This document shows, piece by piece, positions 1 through 9,412 of a stretch of 64,000 bases of DNA. Positions within the stretch are counted from its first letter, which is position 1. Every line of letters starts with the position of its first letter. The DNA lies in IMG/VR virus record IMGVR_UViG_3300025000_000061, positions 32,001-96,000 of that record. The stretch is one strand, 5' to 3'. The stretch is from a virus. Below the pieces are notes generated by a model. The model searched no databases. It saw nothing but the letters and a program-made list of their open reading frames with translations, and was not told the origin of the DNA. Position numbers and translations under genes: made by a program.

Positions 1-46
1 TAAAAATTAAATTTTAAATAAAATAAAATATAAAATAAAAGGAGAA

Positions 47-442
47 ATGATTATTATGACAATGCAAAATGTAAATATGTTTGAAATGGCAGTTAAAAGT
101 AAGTTTAGATTTCCTTATAAGGGCATGATTAATGTTGAGGATTTATTTGATTTATCATTGAATGATTTAAATGTTGTTTATCAAACCTTAAAGAAACAAC
201 AAAAACAAACACAAGAAGAAAGTTTACTTGAAGTTAAATCTCAGGAAGATCAAGAATTGGACATTAAGATTCAAATTGTTAAACATATTTTTGATGAAAA
301 AGTAAATGAAAGAGAAATGAAACTTAAAGAGAAAGAATTTAAACAACATGAACAAAAAATTATGGCAATAATTGCAAAAAAACAAGATGCAGAATATGAA
401 AATATGTCCATTGAAGAATTGAATAAGATGATTAGTAAATAG
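47..442 (+). CDS. Conserved phage hypothetical coiled-coil protein (start may be ATG 56)
   Basis: ORF with AAGGAG SD; motif FRFPYKGMINVEDLFDL. Confidence 0.8.
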   Translation: MIIMTMQNVNMFEMAVKSKFRFPYKGMINVEDLFDLSLNDLNVVYQTLKKQQKQTQEESLLEVKSQEDQELDIKIQIVKHIFDEKVNEREMKLKEKEFKQHEQKIMAIIAKKQDAEYENMSIEELNKMISK

Positions 443-451
443 TTTTAAATG

Positions 452-480
452 GTAGGGAGTAATATAAACATACTCCCTAC
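452..480 (+). terminator. Hairpin, probable terminator
   Basis: GTAGGGAGTA / TACTCCCTAC perfect 10-bp inverted repeat after the stop codon. Confidence 0.6.
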
Positions 481-525
481 TAAAATAATAACAATAAATT
501 ATTTTTAAAAAGGAGAAAATATAAT

Positions 526-753
526 ATGAAAGGTAAAGATGCTTTTAAATTATTAGAAGAAGGTATTCTTAAAAAAGGTGTAAAAGTAAAGATGAGTAGT
601 CTTAAAGATTTTGATAAATTTACAGAAATTGATGATGTTTTTGTAAAAAGAGCAAGACCAGGAAGATTAGAAGATGATTGGGTTGTTGTTATGATTGATG
701 GACAATTATATGATGCTTTTTGGATTGATGAGATAGAAGGTTATAATATTTAA
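526..753 (+). CDS. Hypothetical protein
   Basis: ORF with SD. Confidence 0.75.
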   Translation: MKGKDAFKLLEEGILKKGVKVKMSSLKDFDKFTEIDDVFVKRARPGRLEDDWVVVMIDGQLYDAFWIDEIEGYNI

Positions 754-774
754 TAAAAGGGAGAAAATATTATT

Positions 775-1014
775 ATGTTTAATAAAATTAAAAAAGATAT
801 TATACCACCTGAATACATATTGCCTGAAAATGTACCTTTAGGTGAGGTTAAATATATTACAGATGGGCAATTTATTAAAGATGAACGATTTATATACAAT
901 GGTTATATGTATAAATATCATCATAATGCAATATCTACTTTAAGTTCATTTTTAGGATTTAATGATGGTAAACATGCATACATAAGAGGAGAAAAATATA
1001 ATACATACAAATAA
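775..1014 (+). CDS. Hypothetical protein
   Basis: ORF with SD. Confidence 0.75.
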   Translation: MFNKIKKDIIPPEYILPENVPLGEVKYITDGQFIKDERFIYNGYMYKYHHNAISTLSSFLGFNDGKHAYIRGEKYNTYK

Positions 1015-1029
1015 AAGGAGATAATAATT

Positions 1030-1392
1030 ATGAATATAAATGAAATATCAGATGAAGAATTAAATAATCTAAAATTAAACATATTAAAAGAAGAAAATAA
1101 ACGTAAAAATAATGATAAAGAATATATTCCAATAACAAGTATAGAAGAGTTGGTAAAACTTGTTAAAAATAATCACCAATTATATTATAAATTATTAAAT
1201 AAATATTGGAAAGTAGATTATGCTAATGTGGTATATTATAATCCAAGTAGGGGAAGATATATGGTTAGTTTTGGAGCAGGTCATATGTCTAATCAAGTAG
1301 ATGAAAATTATGGTTGTTGGTCATGTAATATGGCAGGTGGAGGCAGAAATAATATTTGGTCAGGTTATTATATGTTTATAAAAAATAAATAA
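1030..1392 (+). CDS. Hypothetical protein
   Basis: ORF with SD. Confidence 0.75.
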   Translation: MNINEISDEELNNLKLNILKEENKRKNNDKEYIPITSIEELVKLVKNNHQLYYKLLNKYWKVDYANVVYYNPSRGRYMVSFGAGHMSNQVDENYGCWSCNMAGGGRNNIWSGYYMFIKNK

Positions 1393-1444
1393 TAAATATC
1401 ATTACCAAATAATATAACATGATATTTAAAAAGGAGCAAAATTT

Positions 1445-1912
1445 ATGAAATCAATATTTCAATTTAAAATATATGAATATTTTTATAAAATAGAAAATTA
1501 TTTATCAATTGATTATATAAAAGATGTCTATCTTATAGGTACTGATATAAAGCATGAAAGAGTATTACCAATACATACTCTGAAAGATAATGAATTGATG
1601 GTATGTAAATACAGTTTGTTTAAAGAAATAATAGATTATTATGAAACAGATAAATATAATTGTAGGTTTAAAGAAAAAGATAAAATATGTATAGATGATG
1701 AAATATATGAAATTATAAGTTGTGTATATGGAGAAGATAAAAATACATATATAATTAAAGGGAAAGATAATATAATTATTGATAATAATAAAGAGAAAGA
1801 AGAGATTATTAAGACATATGAAGAAATGAAAGAAAAAGAAAATATTAAGGTAATAAAATGGTGGCAATTTTGGAAGCAAATTAATAATTTTATTAATAAG
1901 GAGGATTCATAA
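1445..1912 (+). CDS. Hypothetical protein, paralog of 34958..35425
   Basis: ORF with SD; shared MKSIFQ start and KICI motif. Confidence 0.75.
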   Translation: MKSIFQFKIYEYFYKIENYLSIDYIKDVYLIGTDIKHERVLPIHTLKDNELMVCKYSLFKEIIDYYETDKYNCRFKEKDKICIDDEIYEIISCVYGEDKNTYIIKGKDNIIIDNNKEKEEIIKTYEEMKEKENIKVIKWWQFWKQINNFINKEDS

Positions 1913-1913
1913 C

Positions 1914-2180
1914 ATGAAAAAGTTTTATCTTGATGATGGATGTTTTTACTGCAATAAAGAAGTTGATAATATAATACATGAAACACATATAGAAATAAAA
2001 GCATTAGTAGAGTATGATGTAGAATTTAATCGTATTCAAACACCATATATAATAAGTAGACCTTTAGATAACTATATTGGTTTAGTATGTTCTTGTGGAG
2101 AAGTAGAAGATATTTCGGATGAGTTTATGATTGAAGGTGATTATATTGTTAAAAGGGAAGATGAAGGAGAATTAAAATGA
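1914..2180 (+). CDS. Hypothetical Cys-containing protein
   Basis: ORF with SD; CxxC and CxC. Confidence 0.7.
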   Translation: MKKFYLDDGCFYCNKEVDNIIHETHIEIKALVEYDVEFNRIQTPYIISRPLDNYIGLVCSCGEVEDISDEFMIEGDYIVKREDEGELK

Positions 2181-2368
2181 TTATACGTGAATTAGGTGAG
2201 CATCAATGTATTGTTAGATTTGGTTATGATAATATTACATTAGAAAAATTAATTGCAGATAATATTATGTATATGTATGATTTAATTGATAAATGCAATG
2301 ATTGTGGATTATGTTGGATGAATGAAGAAGAAACTGATTGGTATATGAGGAAAATAGGGGTATTTTAG
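2177..2368 (+). CDS. Hypothetical protein (CxxCGLCWMN motif)
   Basis: ORF with SD, overlapping the previous stop. Confidence 0.7.
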   Translation: MIIRELGEHQCIVRFGYDNITLEKLIADNIMYMYDLIDKCNDCGLCWMNEEETDWYMRKIGVF

Positions 2369-2418
2369 AGTCAAAATGAAAGTTTAGTTTCATCACGATA
2401 TTAGGGGGAGGAATATTA

Positions 2419-2859
2419 ATGAGAGATAAAATAAGATTTCATTTTAGTTCAGGTTGTTATGTTAATGATTTTATGAAAGAATTTTTACTAAAAATTAAAA
2501 ATAATATTGATAAAGAAGATATATTATTTGAGCATAAATCAACATTAATTTATAAATCAAATAATGTAGAAGTATCTATTTCTAATGTAGGTTTAGATGT
2601 GCATTTATCTAACATTGAAGAAATAAATATAGAAAAATTTATTAATATATTGTTACAGGAACATAAAAAATTAAAAGATTTATATGAGCAATTCCCAAGA
2701 TTATATGAATTTACTATATTTACTAATGATAAATACTGTGATGAAGTTAGGAAACAGTTAATTGAATTAGAAGCAGATTTTACTGAGAATAATTTTAAAT
2801 CATTTGATGAAATGACGTATACGTTTTGTGTATGTACTAAAATTAAATTTTACAAATAA
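2419..2859 (+). CDS. Hypothetical protein
   Basis: ORF with GGGGAGG SD. Confidence 0.75.
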   Translation: MRDKIRFHFSSGCYVNDFMKEFLLKIKNNIDKEDILFEHKSTLIYKSNNVEVSISNVGLDVHLSNIEEINIEKFINILLQEHKKLKDLYEQFPRLYEFTIFTNDKYCDEVRKQLIELEADFTENNFKSFDEMTYTFCVCTKIKFYK

Positions 2860-2864
2860 AGGAG

Positions 2865-3284
2865 ATGAATAATATGGAAAATGAAATTGTTCAATATTTT
2901 GTAGTTAATAATGAGATTAATATTTCTTCGCCCAAATTATCTGCTCAGATAGGGCATGTAGCAACCATAATTACATATGAAATTACCAAATTAATGTATC
3001 AACCAATAAATTTAGATGAATATGTTAATCCTAATGTATTAATAAATATTAATGATTGGATAAATTGGTATGATAATGGCAAAGGGCAAAAGAAAATTAT
3101 ATTAGCAGGTAAAGAAAAACAATTATTAAAATTAATTGATCAAGGATTTTATTATATTAGAGATAATGGTTTAAATGAATTATTGCCGGATACATTAACG
3201 TGTGTAGGACTTCCACCTATGAAAAGATTTGAAGCACAGAAATACATAAAAAGATTACAATTATATAAAGGGGAGAAAGTATAA
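2865..3284 (+). CDS. pth2: Peptidyl-tRNA hydrolase, PTH2 family
   Basis: Motifs QYFVVN..KLSAQIGH, QKKIIL, IRDNGLNELLPDTLTCVGLPP. Confidence 0.85.
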   Translation: MNNMENEIVQYFVVNNEINISSPKLSAQIGHVATIITYEITKLMYQPINLDEYVNPNVLININDWINWYDNGKGQKKIILAGKEKQLLKLIDQGFYYIRDNGLNELLPDTLTCVGLPPMKRFEAQKYIKRLQLYKGEKV

Positions 3285-3481
3285 TGAATAAACCATATTA
3301 TATATTAAATAGAGATGAATTTATAAGTATTTTAAATTTATTTCATGCTTATGGATTTGATTTCAAAGAAAATGAATTACAAGAATTTGGCTTGTTAGTT
3401 TTAATTGATAAAGTAATTGGTGATATATCAAAAGAAAAATTTGATTTGAAATATAAATTAAGCAAATTGGAAGGAGAATAA
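3284..3481 (+). CDS. Hypothetical protein
   Basis: ORF with SD. Confidence 0.7.
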   Translation: MNKPYYILNRDEFISILNLFHAYGFDFKENELQEFGLLVLIDKVIGDISKEKFDLKYKLSKLEGE

Positions 3482-3486
3482 TAATC

Positions 3487-3663
3487 ATGTTAGTAGAATT
3501 CAAAGCATGTGAAACTTGTTTATGTGTATCATGTTGTTGGACTTATGATTGTCCAAAAGCAAAAGGATATGTATGTGTTGATTGTAGTGGTGATCCTCCT
3601 AAATCAGAAGAAGAATGTGAATATTATGAAATGGAATCTTATTTTAAAAATAAGGGAGAGTAA
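3487..3663 (+). CDS. Small Cys-rich protein, 58 aa (not in ORF track)
   Basis: GGAG SD; MLVEFKACETCLCVSCCWTYDCPKAKGYVCVDC...; fits better than the overlapping track ORF 3509..3700. Confidence 0.7.
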   Translation: MLVEFKACETCLCVSCCWTYDCPKAKGYVCVDCSGDPPKSEEECEYYEMESYFKNKGE

Positions 3664-3668
3664 AATAT

Positions 3669-4097
3669 ATGAGTTATCAAGAAGCATGGGAAGAACTTAA
3701 AGAATGGTTATTAAGAAGTCAAGAAATAGTTAAAGAATTTAAAGATGATAAGAGTATAGAAAATAATAGATATTTTATTTTAAGATTAAATGAAAAACTA
3801 AAAACGATGAAAATGATTAATAGAAAAATAGATCAATTAGAGAAAATTCATATTGATGACGGAGGTTGTAAGTTAATTGTAAGTCCTGAATTAGAGTATT
3901 TTAGCAATAACTTTGATGAAATATGTTGTAAATATGATGGACGATGGATAGCAATAAAAGGTGATAAGATAGTTGGTCATGGTGATACATTGCATAAAGC
4001 ATGTGAAATGGCAAGAAATAATGGATACGAGAAATATGTGACTACTAGAGCAAATAGAGATGGGTGGAATTGTGACTATGTAAGTTTGTTGGGTTAA
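3669..4097 (+). CDS. Hypothetical protein with C-terminal DUF5678-like domain
   Basis: KYDGRWIAIKGDKIVGHGDTL motif. Confidence 0.6.
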   Translation: MSYQEAWEELKEWLLRSQEIVKEFKDDKSIENNRYFILRLNEKLKTMKMINRKIDQLEKIHIDDGGCKLIVSPELEYFSNNFDEICCKYDGRWIAIKGDKIVGHGDTLHKACEMARNNGYEKYVTTRANRDGWNCDYVSLLG

Positions 4098-4123
4098 GAT
4101 TAAAAGAGGAGGAATTAAGAAAT

Positions 4124-4375
4124 ATGTATACAAATAATTGGGTAGATTTTACAATTGAAGATTTAACATGGGGTGAAGAAACATTATACACTCAAGAAAT
4201 ATTTGAAGAAATGTGTGACGATAAATTTGTAACTATGGAATTAGATGATGAAGGGAAACCAAAATATATTTGGACAGAAAAATTTGCATTTGTAATTAAT
4301 ACTTTTCGTAAGATTGGGATTGGAAATCCTGCTATAGTAGGTGTACCAAGAAATCCTGATTGGAATGATGTATGA
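4124..4375 (+). CDS. Hypothetical protein
   Basis: ORF with SD; C-terminal VPRNP. Confidence 0.75.
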   Translation: MYTNNWVDFTIEDLTWGEETLYTQEIFEEMCDDKFVTMELDDEGKPKYIWTEKFAFVINTFRKIGIGNPAIVGVPRNPDWNDV

Positions 4376-4593
4376 ATATAATATTTAAAATACTTTGTAC
4401 ATCATTTGGATTGTGGACTATAACATTATGTGCAATTCTAACAGCTATGATTACACCTAATATTATGATGTTTGAAATATCGTATGAATATATTAAATTA
4501 TTAGTATTTTGGTTAGGGAGTATAGTATTAGGATGTTTTTCTTTAGAACAAATTAAAAAATATATTATTGAAGTTTGGAAAGGAGATAATTAA
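4372..4593 (+). CDS. Small membrane protein (2 TM)
   Basis: Two hydrophobic segments. Confidence 0.7.
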   Translation: MNIIFKILCTSFGLWTITLCAILTAMITPNIMMFEISYEYIKLLVFWLGSIVLGCFSLEQIKKYIIEVWKGDN

Positions 4594-4595
4594 TT

Positions 4596-4844
4596 ATGCC
4601 TAGACCATATGTAGTAGGATGGTATTATTTTATAAGAAAAGTAATATATGATATTAGACTACATGGTTTTAAAATTGTAAAGAAAAGAAAGAATATTTAT
4701 AAACAAATGATAAAGAAAAAACATTTTTGGTATACTACTGAAGAAAGAGTAGAAAAACATAAGAGATTTATTGAGGAATTGAAAAAAGTAAGTGCAGAGA
4801 TACAAGATGATTATAAAAAAGTTTTGTTTGATTGTGAGGAATAA
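4596..4844 (+). CDS. Hypothetical protein
   Basis: ORF with SD. Confidence 0.7.
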   Translation: MPRPYVVGWYYFIRKVIYDIRLHGFKIVKKRKNIYKQMIKKKHFWYTTEERVEKHKRFIEELKKVSAEIQDDYKKVLFDCEE

Positions 4845-4954
4845 AATATTTATCTATATATTGTGTGTATATGGTTGTTAGACTACAATATATAGTATAA
4901 AAATCATGATAAAAGACAGATTTGGAATTAAAATAAGGAGGTAGTTAAGTTTAA

Positions 4955-5185
4955 ATGACATTAGATGAAGCTATTAAACATGCTAGAGAAATTGCAGACA
5001 ATAAAAAATGTACAGAATGTGGAGAAAATCATAGACAATTAGCTGATTGGTTAGAAGAATTAAAATACTATAGGGAAGAATGTGAAACATTTAAAGTAAA
5101 AAAGATTATTCAACCATTAAAACCGATTAATACAGTGACAGGAAATGTAAGAATTGTAGAAAAACCAAAGAAAATATTTGAATAA
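4955..5185 (+). CDS. Phage hypothetical protein (MTLDEAIKH...HRQLADWLEEL family)
   Basis: Motif recurrent in Firmicutes phages; SD. Confidence 0.75.
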   Translation: MTLDEAIKHAREIADNKKCTECGENHRQLADWLEELKYYREECETFKVKKIIQPLKPINTVTGNVRIVEKPKKIFE

Positions 5186-5197
5186 AAGGAGAATGAT

Positions 5198-5383
5198 ATG
5201 ACAAATAAATCAATTTTTCAATGTCCTAAATGTGGAAAGAAATATATTAGAAATTTTCATTATATTTCAATAGTAGGTATGCAAAATATAATTGCTATTT
5301 CTTCTGGTGGAAAAGAAATTGAAGATATGTGTATGTGTTGTGGTTATGTTATTGAAAAGGAGATAAACAAATATGGATTTTAA
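5198..5383 (+). CDS. Small zinc-ribbon protein
   Basis: CPKC...CMCC. Confidence 0.7.
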   Translation: MTNKSIFQCPKCGKKYIRNFHYISIVGMQNIIAISSGGKEIEDMCMCCGYVIEKEINKYGF

Positions 5384-5642
5384 TATTAATTTAACTATGT
5401 ATGCTATTGTTGATAGTACAGAAGAAGGATATTATTGGAATTTTAAGAAAGAAGATATGAGTAGTAAATTAAATGGAGAATGTTTATTACCTACAAAATT
5501 GATGGCAGAGCAATATATTGAAGAAGAATTGGCAATTTATTATAAAGTTATTGAAGTTAATATAGAAAGCATATCTAAAATTGGAACATGGTGTTATAGT
5601 ACCAATGAACATGAAATATTTGATGAGTATTTTGATGAATAG
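5373..5642 (+). CDS. Hypothetical protein
   Basis: ORF with SD. Confidence 0.75.
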   Translation: MDFNINLTMYAIVDSTEEGYYWNFKKEDMSSKLNGECLLPTKLMAEQYIEEELAIYYKVIEVNIESISKIGTWCYSTNEHEIFDEYFDE

Positions 5643-5658
5643 AAGGAGATAAATAAAT

Positions 5659-5838
5659 ATGGATGATAGAATATTTATATTAGGGTTTCCATTGTTAATT
5701 TATTTTATGGCACAATCAAGAAAACAATATGAAAAATCAAATATAGAAAAAATATTTATAGATATTATAGCATTTATATTTGCTTCGTTATTTGGATTTG
5801 GTTTAAATTTTATATTAATGACTTGGAAGGGAAATTAA
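5659..5838 (+). CDS. Small membrane protein, 59 aa (not in ORF track)
   Basis: AAGGAG SD; two hydrophobic stretches. Confidence 0.6.
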   Translation: MDDRIFILGFPLLIYFMAQSRKQYEKSNIEKIFIDIIAFIFASLFGFGLNFILMTWKGN

Positions 5839-6094
5839 TATTTTAATGAAGTAGGACTTTTATTATGATTTAGAAAGGAGAAAAAGATATGAATTATAAT
5901 TTACAATTAATATTGTTTTTAGGGCTATCTATTTTATTGTTTAGGATTTTTAGTTGGTGGACAAATTGGTTGGAAAGCAGGATATGATTTTTATGATAGA
6001 AATAAAGATGTAATAAATGAAAATAATAAAGATAATAAGATAAGATTGAAATATCCAAATAATTTTTAATTTTTCTTAAAGGAGAATAATACAT

Positions 6095-6265
6095 ATGACT
6101 ATGAAATGGAATGATTATCATCCAGATTTAAAGAAACTTTGGAATGCGATAGCAGATAGTTATTTTGAAGTGAGTAGTTATAGGATAAAAGAAGAAGCTA
6201 ATCAGGAAGCGATTAGTTTAATGGGAAAGTTGACGATTGAGTTGAATAAATTGGAGGATGAATAA
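6095..6265 (+). CDS. Hypothetical protein, 56 aa (not in ORF track)
   Basis: AAGGAG SD; MTMKWNDYHPDLKKLW... Confidence 0.6.
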   Translation: MTMKWNDYHPDLKKLWNAIADSYFEVSSYRIKEEANQEAISLMGKLTIELNKLEDE

Positions 6266-6468
6266 TGTGTGAACATATTTATAGACATTTAGAAACAAGA
6301 AAATTTACTAATGGTGATTTAAATTATAAAGAAAAAACTGTAAATGGCAATACTTATATAAAAATATTTACATTTTATTGTCAAAAGTGTTTGGATATTA
6401 TAGATGTTAGAAAAGAAGTGTATATTAAAACAGGTGAAAAAATACCTGAATGGTATAGGGAATTATAA
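6265..6468 (+). CDS. Hypothetical protein (CxH...CxxC)
   Basis: ORF with SD. Confidence 0.7.
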   Translation: MCEHIYRHLETRKFTNGDLNYKEKTVNGNTYIKIFTFYCQKCLDIIDVRKEVYIKTGEKIPEWYREL

Positions 6469-6500
6469 ATAAAATAAAATAAAAAGGAGAATAAATAATT

Positions 6501-6820
6501 ATGAAGAAAAAATTCAAATGTAAAGTAGAAAGAGTAGACGAATACATAATTGAATTTGATGATGAGATTATCAATCAAGAATGGTTAGATGATTTTCAAA
6601 TGATTTTCGTAATTTTAAAACATTAAAAGAACATGCTGAACATTTGGCACAATTTAGAGCAAGATTTTCTGAAATTAATTTTATTGAGGGTTATAGAGTA
6701 CCATTGATTGATGGTAAACTGCCTTTATTTTCAGATAAAAATGATATTGAAGAAGGTATTAATATTATTATTGTAAGTGAAGATGAAGATTGTGAAGTTG
6801 ATGTTGAGGAAATTGAGTAG
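6501..6820 (+). pseudogene. Frameshifted conserved phage hypothetical gene
   Basis: MKKKFKCKVERVDEYIIEF..QEWLDDF continues in another frame as NFKTLKEHAEHLAQFRARF..FIEGY; the break lies at a duplicated ATGATTTTC near 6590-6608. Confidence 0.65.
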
Positions 6821-6837
6821 GGAAAAGGAGAATAGAT

Positions 6838-7128
6838 ATGTTTAAGAAAAGAAAAGATGTTATTGTTTTGGATAAACATTTGACACGTTTAGAATCATCA
6901 CCTAAAGATAGTAGACCAAATTATAAATATTCAATCACAAATAATAAGCAAGTTGCGCCAAAATTAAAATGTTGTCCTATTTGTGGAGAATTAGAAGATA
7001 TTGCAACTAGATATGAGAGTTGGAGTATTGATTTTCATTGTAACAAATGTGATTTTAATGGTTCTGTAGATTATTTATGGATAGAAGAATGGGAACCTAA
7101 TGTGAAGGGTGAGGAAGTGCTGTTTTAG
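6838..7128 (+). CDS. Zinc-ribbon protein (LKCCPICG...CNKC)
   Basis: ORF with SD. Confidence 0.7.
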   Translation: MFKKRKDVIVLDKHLTRLESSPKDSRPNYKYSITNNKQVAPKLKCCPICGELEDIATRYESWSIDFHCNKCDFNGSVDYLWIEEWEPNVKGEEVLF

Positions 7129-7150
7129 GTTGTTTTAGATTGTTTTAGGT
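7121..7150 (+). repeat. 10-bp tandem repeat x3 (TGTTTTAGGT/TGTTTTAGAT)
   Basis: Read directly from the sequence. Confidence 0.8.
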
Positions 7151-7301
7151 GGAAATTAATTATAAAATGGTAAGAAAATATTAAATATTAGTAAAATAGT
7201 AAAATAAATATTCCATAATAAGGTATGAATAGGACATGTGTTGGACAGAATACTATTATAATATAAGAAACAAAATATATTATAATAGGAGAGTGAATTG
7301 A

Positions 7302-7724
7302 TTGAAAATATTACATAATGCTCAGTGTTATAAGCAAGATAGGGAGTTGGATTGGAGAGGGTGGTGTCCGAAGAGGGGTGAGATTTATTTGTGTCAATTG
7401 GGTAATGAAGGTCTTATATATTCAGAGATTAAGGGGTATCGTCCCGTATTGGTTGTGTCAAATAACATAGCAAACAAACATAGTCCAGTAGTTTCTATTA
7501 TACCATTAACTTCTAGTCAAATAAAAAATAATAATATGCCTGTTCATGTTAAAGTAGGAGTAGAAGAAGGGTTACGAACTTCGAGTTTAATTTGTTGTGA
7601 GCAGACTAAAACCGTATCTAAAAATCGTATGTTCATAAATGGTAGTTTAACTAGAATTTGTAAATTGAGTAGTAAATCGATGTGTAAAGTGGACGAGGCA
7701 ATACGAATACAATTTGGATTGTAA
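7302..7724 (+). CDS. mazF: MazF/PemK-family endoribonuclease, no adjacent antitoxin
   Basis: PKRGEIYLCQL...SEIKGYRPVLVVSNNIANKHSPVVSIIPLTS...HV...CEQTKTVSKNR; catalytic Arg and Thr positions retained. Confidence 0.92.
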   Translation: MKILHNAQCYKQDRELDWRGWCPKRGEIYLCQLGNEGLIYSEIKGYRPVLVVSNNIANKHSPVVSIIPLTSSQIKNNNMPVHVKVGVEEGLRTSSLICCEQTKTVSKNRMFINGSLTRICKLSSKSMCKVDEAIRIQFGL

Positions 7725-7873
7725 ATAAATTGGGAATAGATTATAAATATAAATTATAATATATATTATCATATATTATAAAAGGGTGTGATGTCTTTGA
7801 TTGTGTAAAAATAAATTAAAAAGTTATTGTGTTTAAATTGTATCTATTAAAAAATAATATAAAAGGAGGATAT

Positions 7874-9412
7874 ATGTTAGTAAAAAATCAAAAAGTTAAA
7901 ATGAATTGGAGTGGAAGTAATAGAAAACATTATGAATTAAAAGGATATCCTTTTACTAATTATAATGATGAATTTGAAGTTAAAATAGAGGATTTAGCAC
8001 CAAAAAGTCAAAAATATGTTTTGATTAGATGTGATTATTGTGGGATACCTTTTTTGAGAAGGTATGTAAATCATAATACAAGAAAAGAGAAATATGGTAT
8101 AAATGATAAAGATTGTTGTGATGATTGTAGAGCATATAAAAGAGAAGAAACATGTTTAGATAAATATGGTGTTAAAAACGCTGCTCAGACAGAAGAAATA
8201 CAAAATAAAATAAAAAGAACAATTAAAGAAAAATATGGAGTAGAATATATTTCTCAATCAGAAGAAATTAAAAACAAAAAGAAACAAACTTGTTTAGATA
8301 AATATGGAGTAGAATATACCTTACAAGTGCCAGAAATTAGAGAAATAATTACAGAAACTAATATAAATAAATATAGATGTGAAAATCCATTTCAAGCAGA
8401 AGAAATTAAAGAAAAAATAAGACAAGTCAATATGGATAAATATGGAGTTGAATATGCTTCCCAATCTTTAGAAGTGAAAGAAAAAACCAAACAAACTAAT
8501 TTAATAAAATATGGGAAAGAATACTACTTACAAACAGATGAATACAAAGAAAAGATTAAACAAAATAACCTAGACAAATACGGAGTAGAATATTATTCAC
8601 AAACAGAAGAATATAAAAACAAATATAAGCAAACCTGTCAAAATAAATATGGTGTTGATAATGTTTCACAAGTTCCAGAAATTGCAGAAAAAATTTCACA
8701 ATCACGTACAAAAGAATTTAAAGATTTGACAAATATAAAATTTAACCATTTAACAGTAATTTCTTTAGTACCTGATAAAACAAATAAGCACCATGATAGG
8801 TATTGGCTATGCGAATGTGATTGTGAAAATAAAACTAGAAAGGAAATTTCAGAAAATCATTTAGTTAGAGGAAATATTAAAAGTTGTGGGTGTATACGAA
8901 AAGAATCATTAATTGAAAGATGGGAAGGTAAAACAAAAAAGGATATATATCCTTATTACAAAGAAATATATTGTACATATGATAGTATGAGAAAAAGATG
9001 TTATAATGAAAAACATGATAATTATAAAAGATATGGTGGTAGAGGAATAATTATTTGTGATGAATGGTTGAATGATTTTATGAATTTTTATAATTGGGCA
9101 ATAAAAAACGATTATAAAGAAGGATTAACTATTGAAAGAATTGATTATGATGGCAATTATGAACCTGATAACTGTAAATGGGCAACATGGGAAGAACAAA
9201 GTTATAATAAATCAAATACGTTATACATAGAAGTAGACAATGAAATGAAAACAGTTAAACAATGGTCTGATGAAACAGGGATACCTCAACATATAATATA
9301 TCAAAGATATGCCAGATATAAAAGAAAAGATAAAAAAGAATTAGAGTTATTAACTAAAGAAAAATTCTTTAAACCAGTTAGACAACTCAAAAGAAAGGGT
9401 GATGTTGTCTGA
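7874..9412 (+). CDS. Free-standing HNH-type homing endonuclease with 23-aa KYGV repeats
   Basis: ATG 7874 after AGGAGG; about 8 repeats xTCLDKYGVEYxSQ; C-terminal WLCECDC..SCGC..MRKRCYN..YGGRGI..LTIERID..GNYEPDNCKWAT. Confidence 0.8.
   Translation: MLVKNQKVKMNWSGSNRKHYELKGYPFTNYNDEFEVKIEDLAPKSQKYVLIRCDYCGIPFLRRYVNHNTRKEKYGINDKDCCDDCRAYKREETCLDKYGVKNAAQTEEIQNKIKRTIKEKYGVEYISQSEEIKNKKKQTCLDKYGVEYTLQVPEIREIITETNINKYRCENPFQAEEIKEKIRQVNMDKYGVEYASQSLEVKEKTKQTNLIKYGKEYYLQTDEYKEKIKQNNLDKYGVEYYSQTEEYKNKYKQTCQNKYGVDNVSQVPEIAEKISQSRTKEFKDLTNIKFNHLTVISLVPDKTNKHHDRYWLCECDCENKTRKEISENHLVRGNIKSCGCIRKESLIERWEGKTKKDIYPYYKEIYCTYDSMRKRCYNEKHDNYKRYGGRGIIICDEWLNDFMNFYNWAIKNDYKEGLTIERIDYDGNYEPDNCKWATWEEQSYNKSNTLYIEVDNEMKTVKQWSDETGIPQHIIYQRYARYKRKDKKELELLTKEKFFKPVRQLKRKGDVV

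Noticed and set aside
3509-3700. Track ORF of 63 aa
   Set aside because: It has no SD and overlaps the better-supported Cys-rich ORF 3487..3663 and the next gene.
7232-7243. LexA box upstream of mazF (GGAC-ATGT-GTTG)
   Set aside because: It has two mismatches in the core and no clear overlap with a promoter.
7797-9412. Group I intron interrupting DUF5317
   Set aside because: The HNH ORF fills almost the whole interval, leaving no room for a ribozyme core, and I found no in-frame U/G splice junction.
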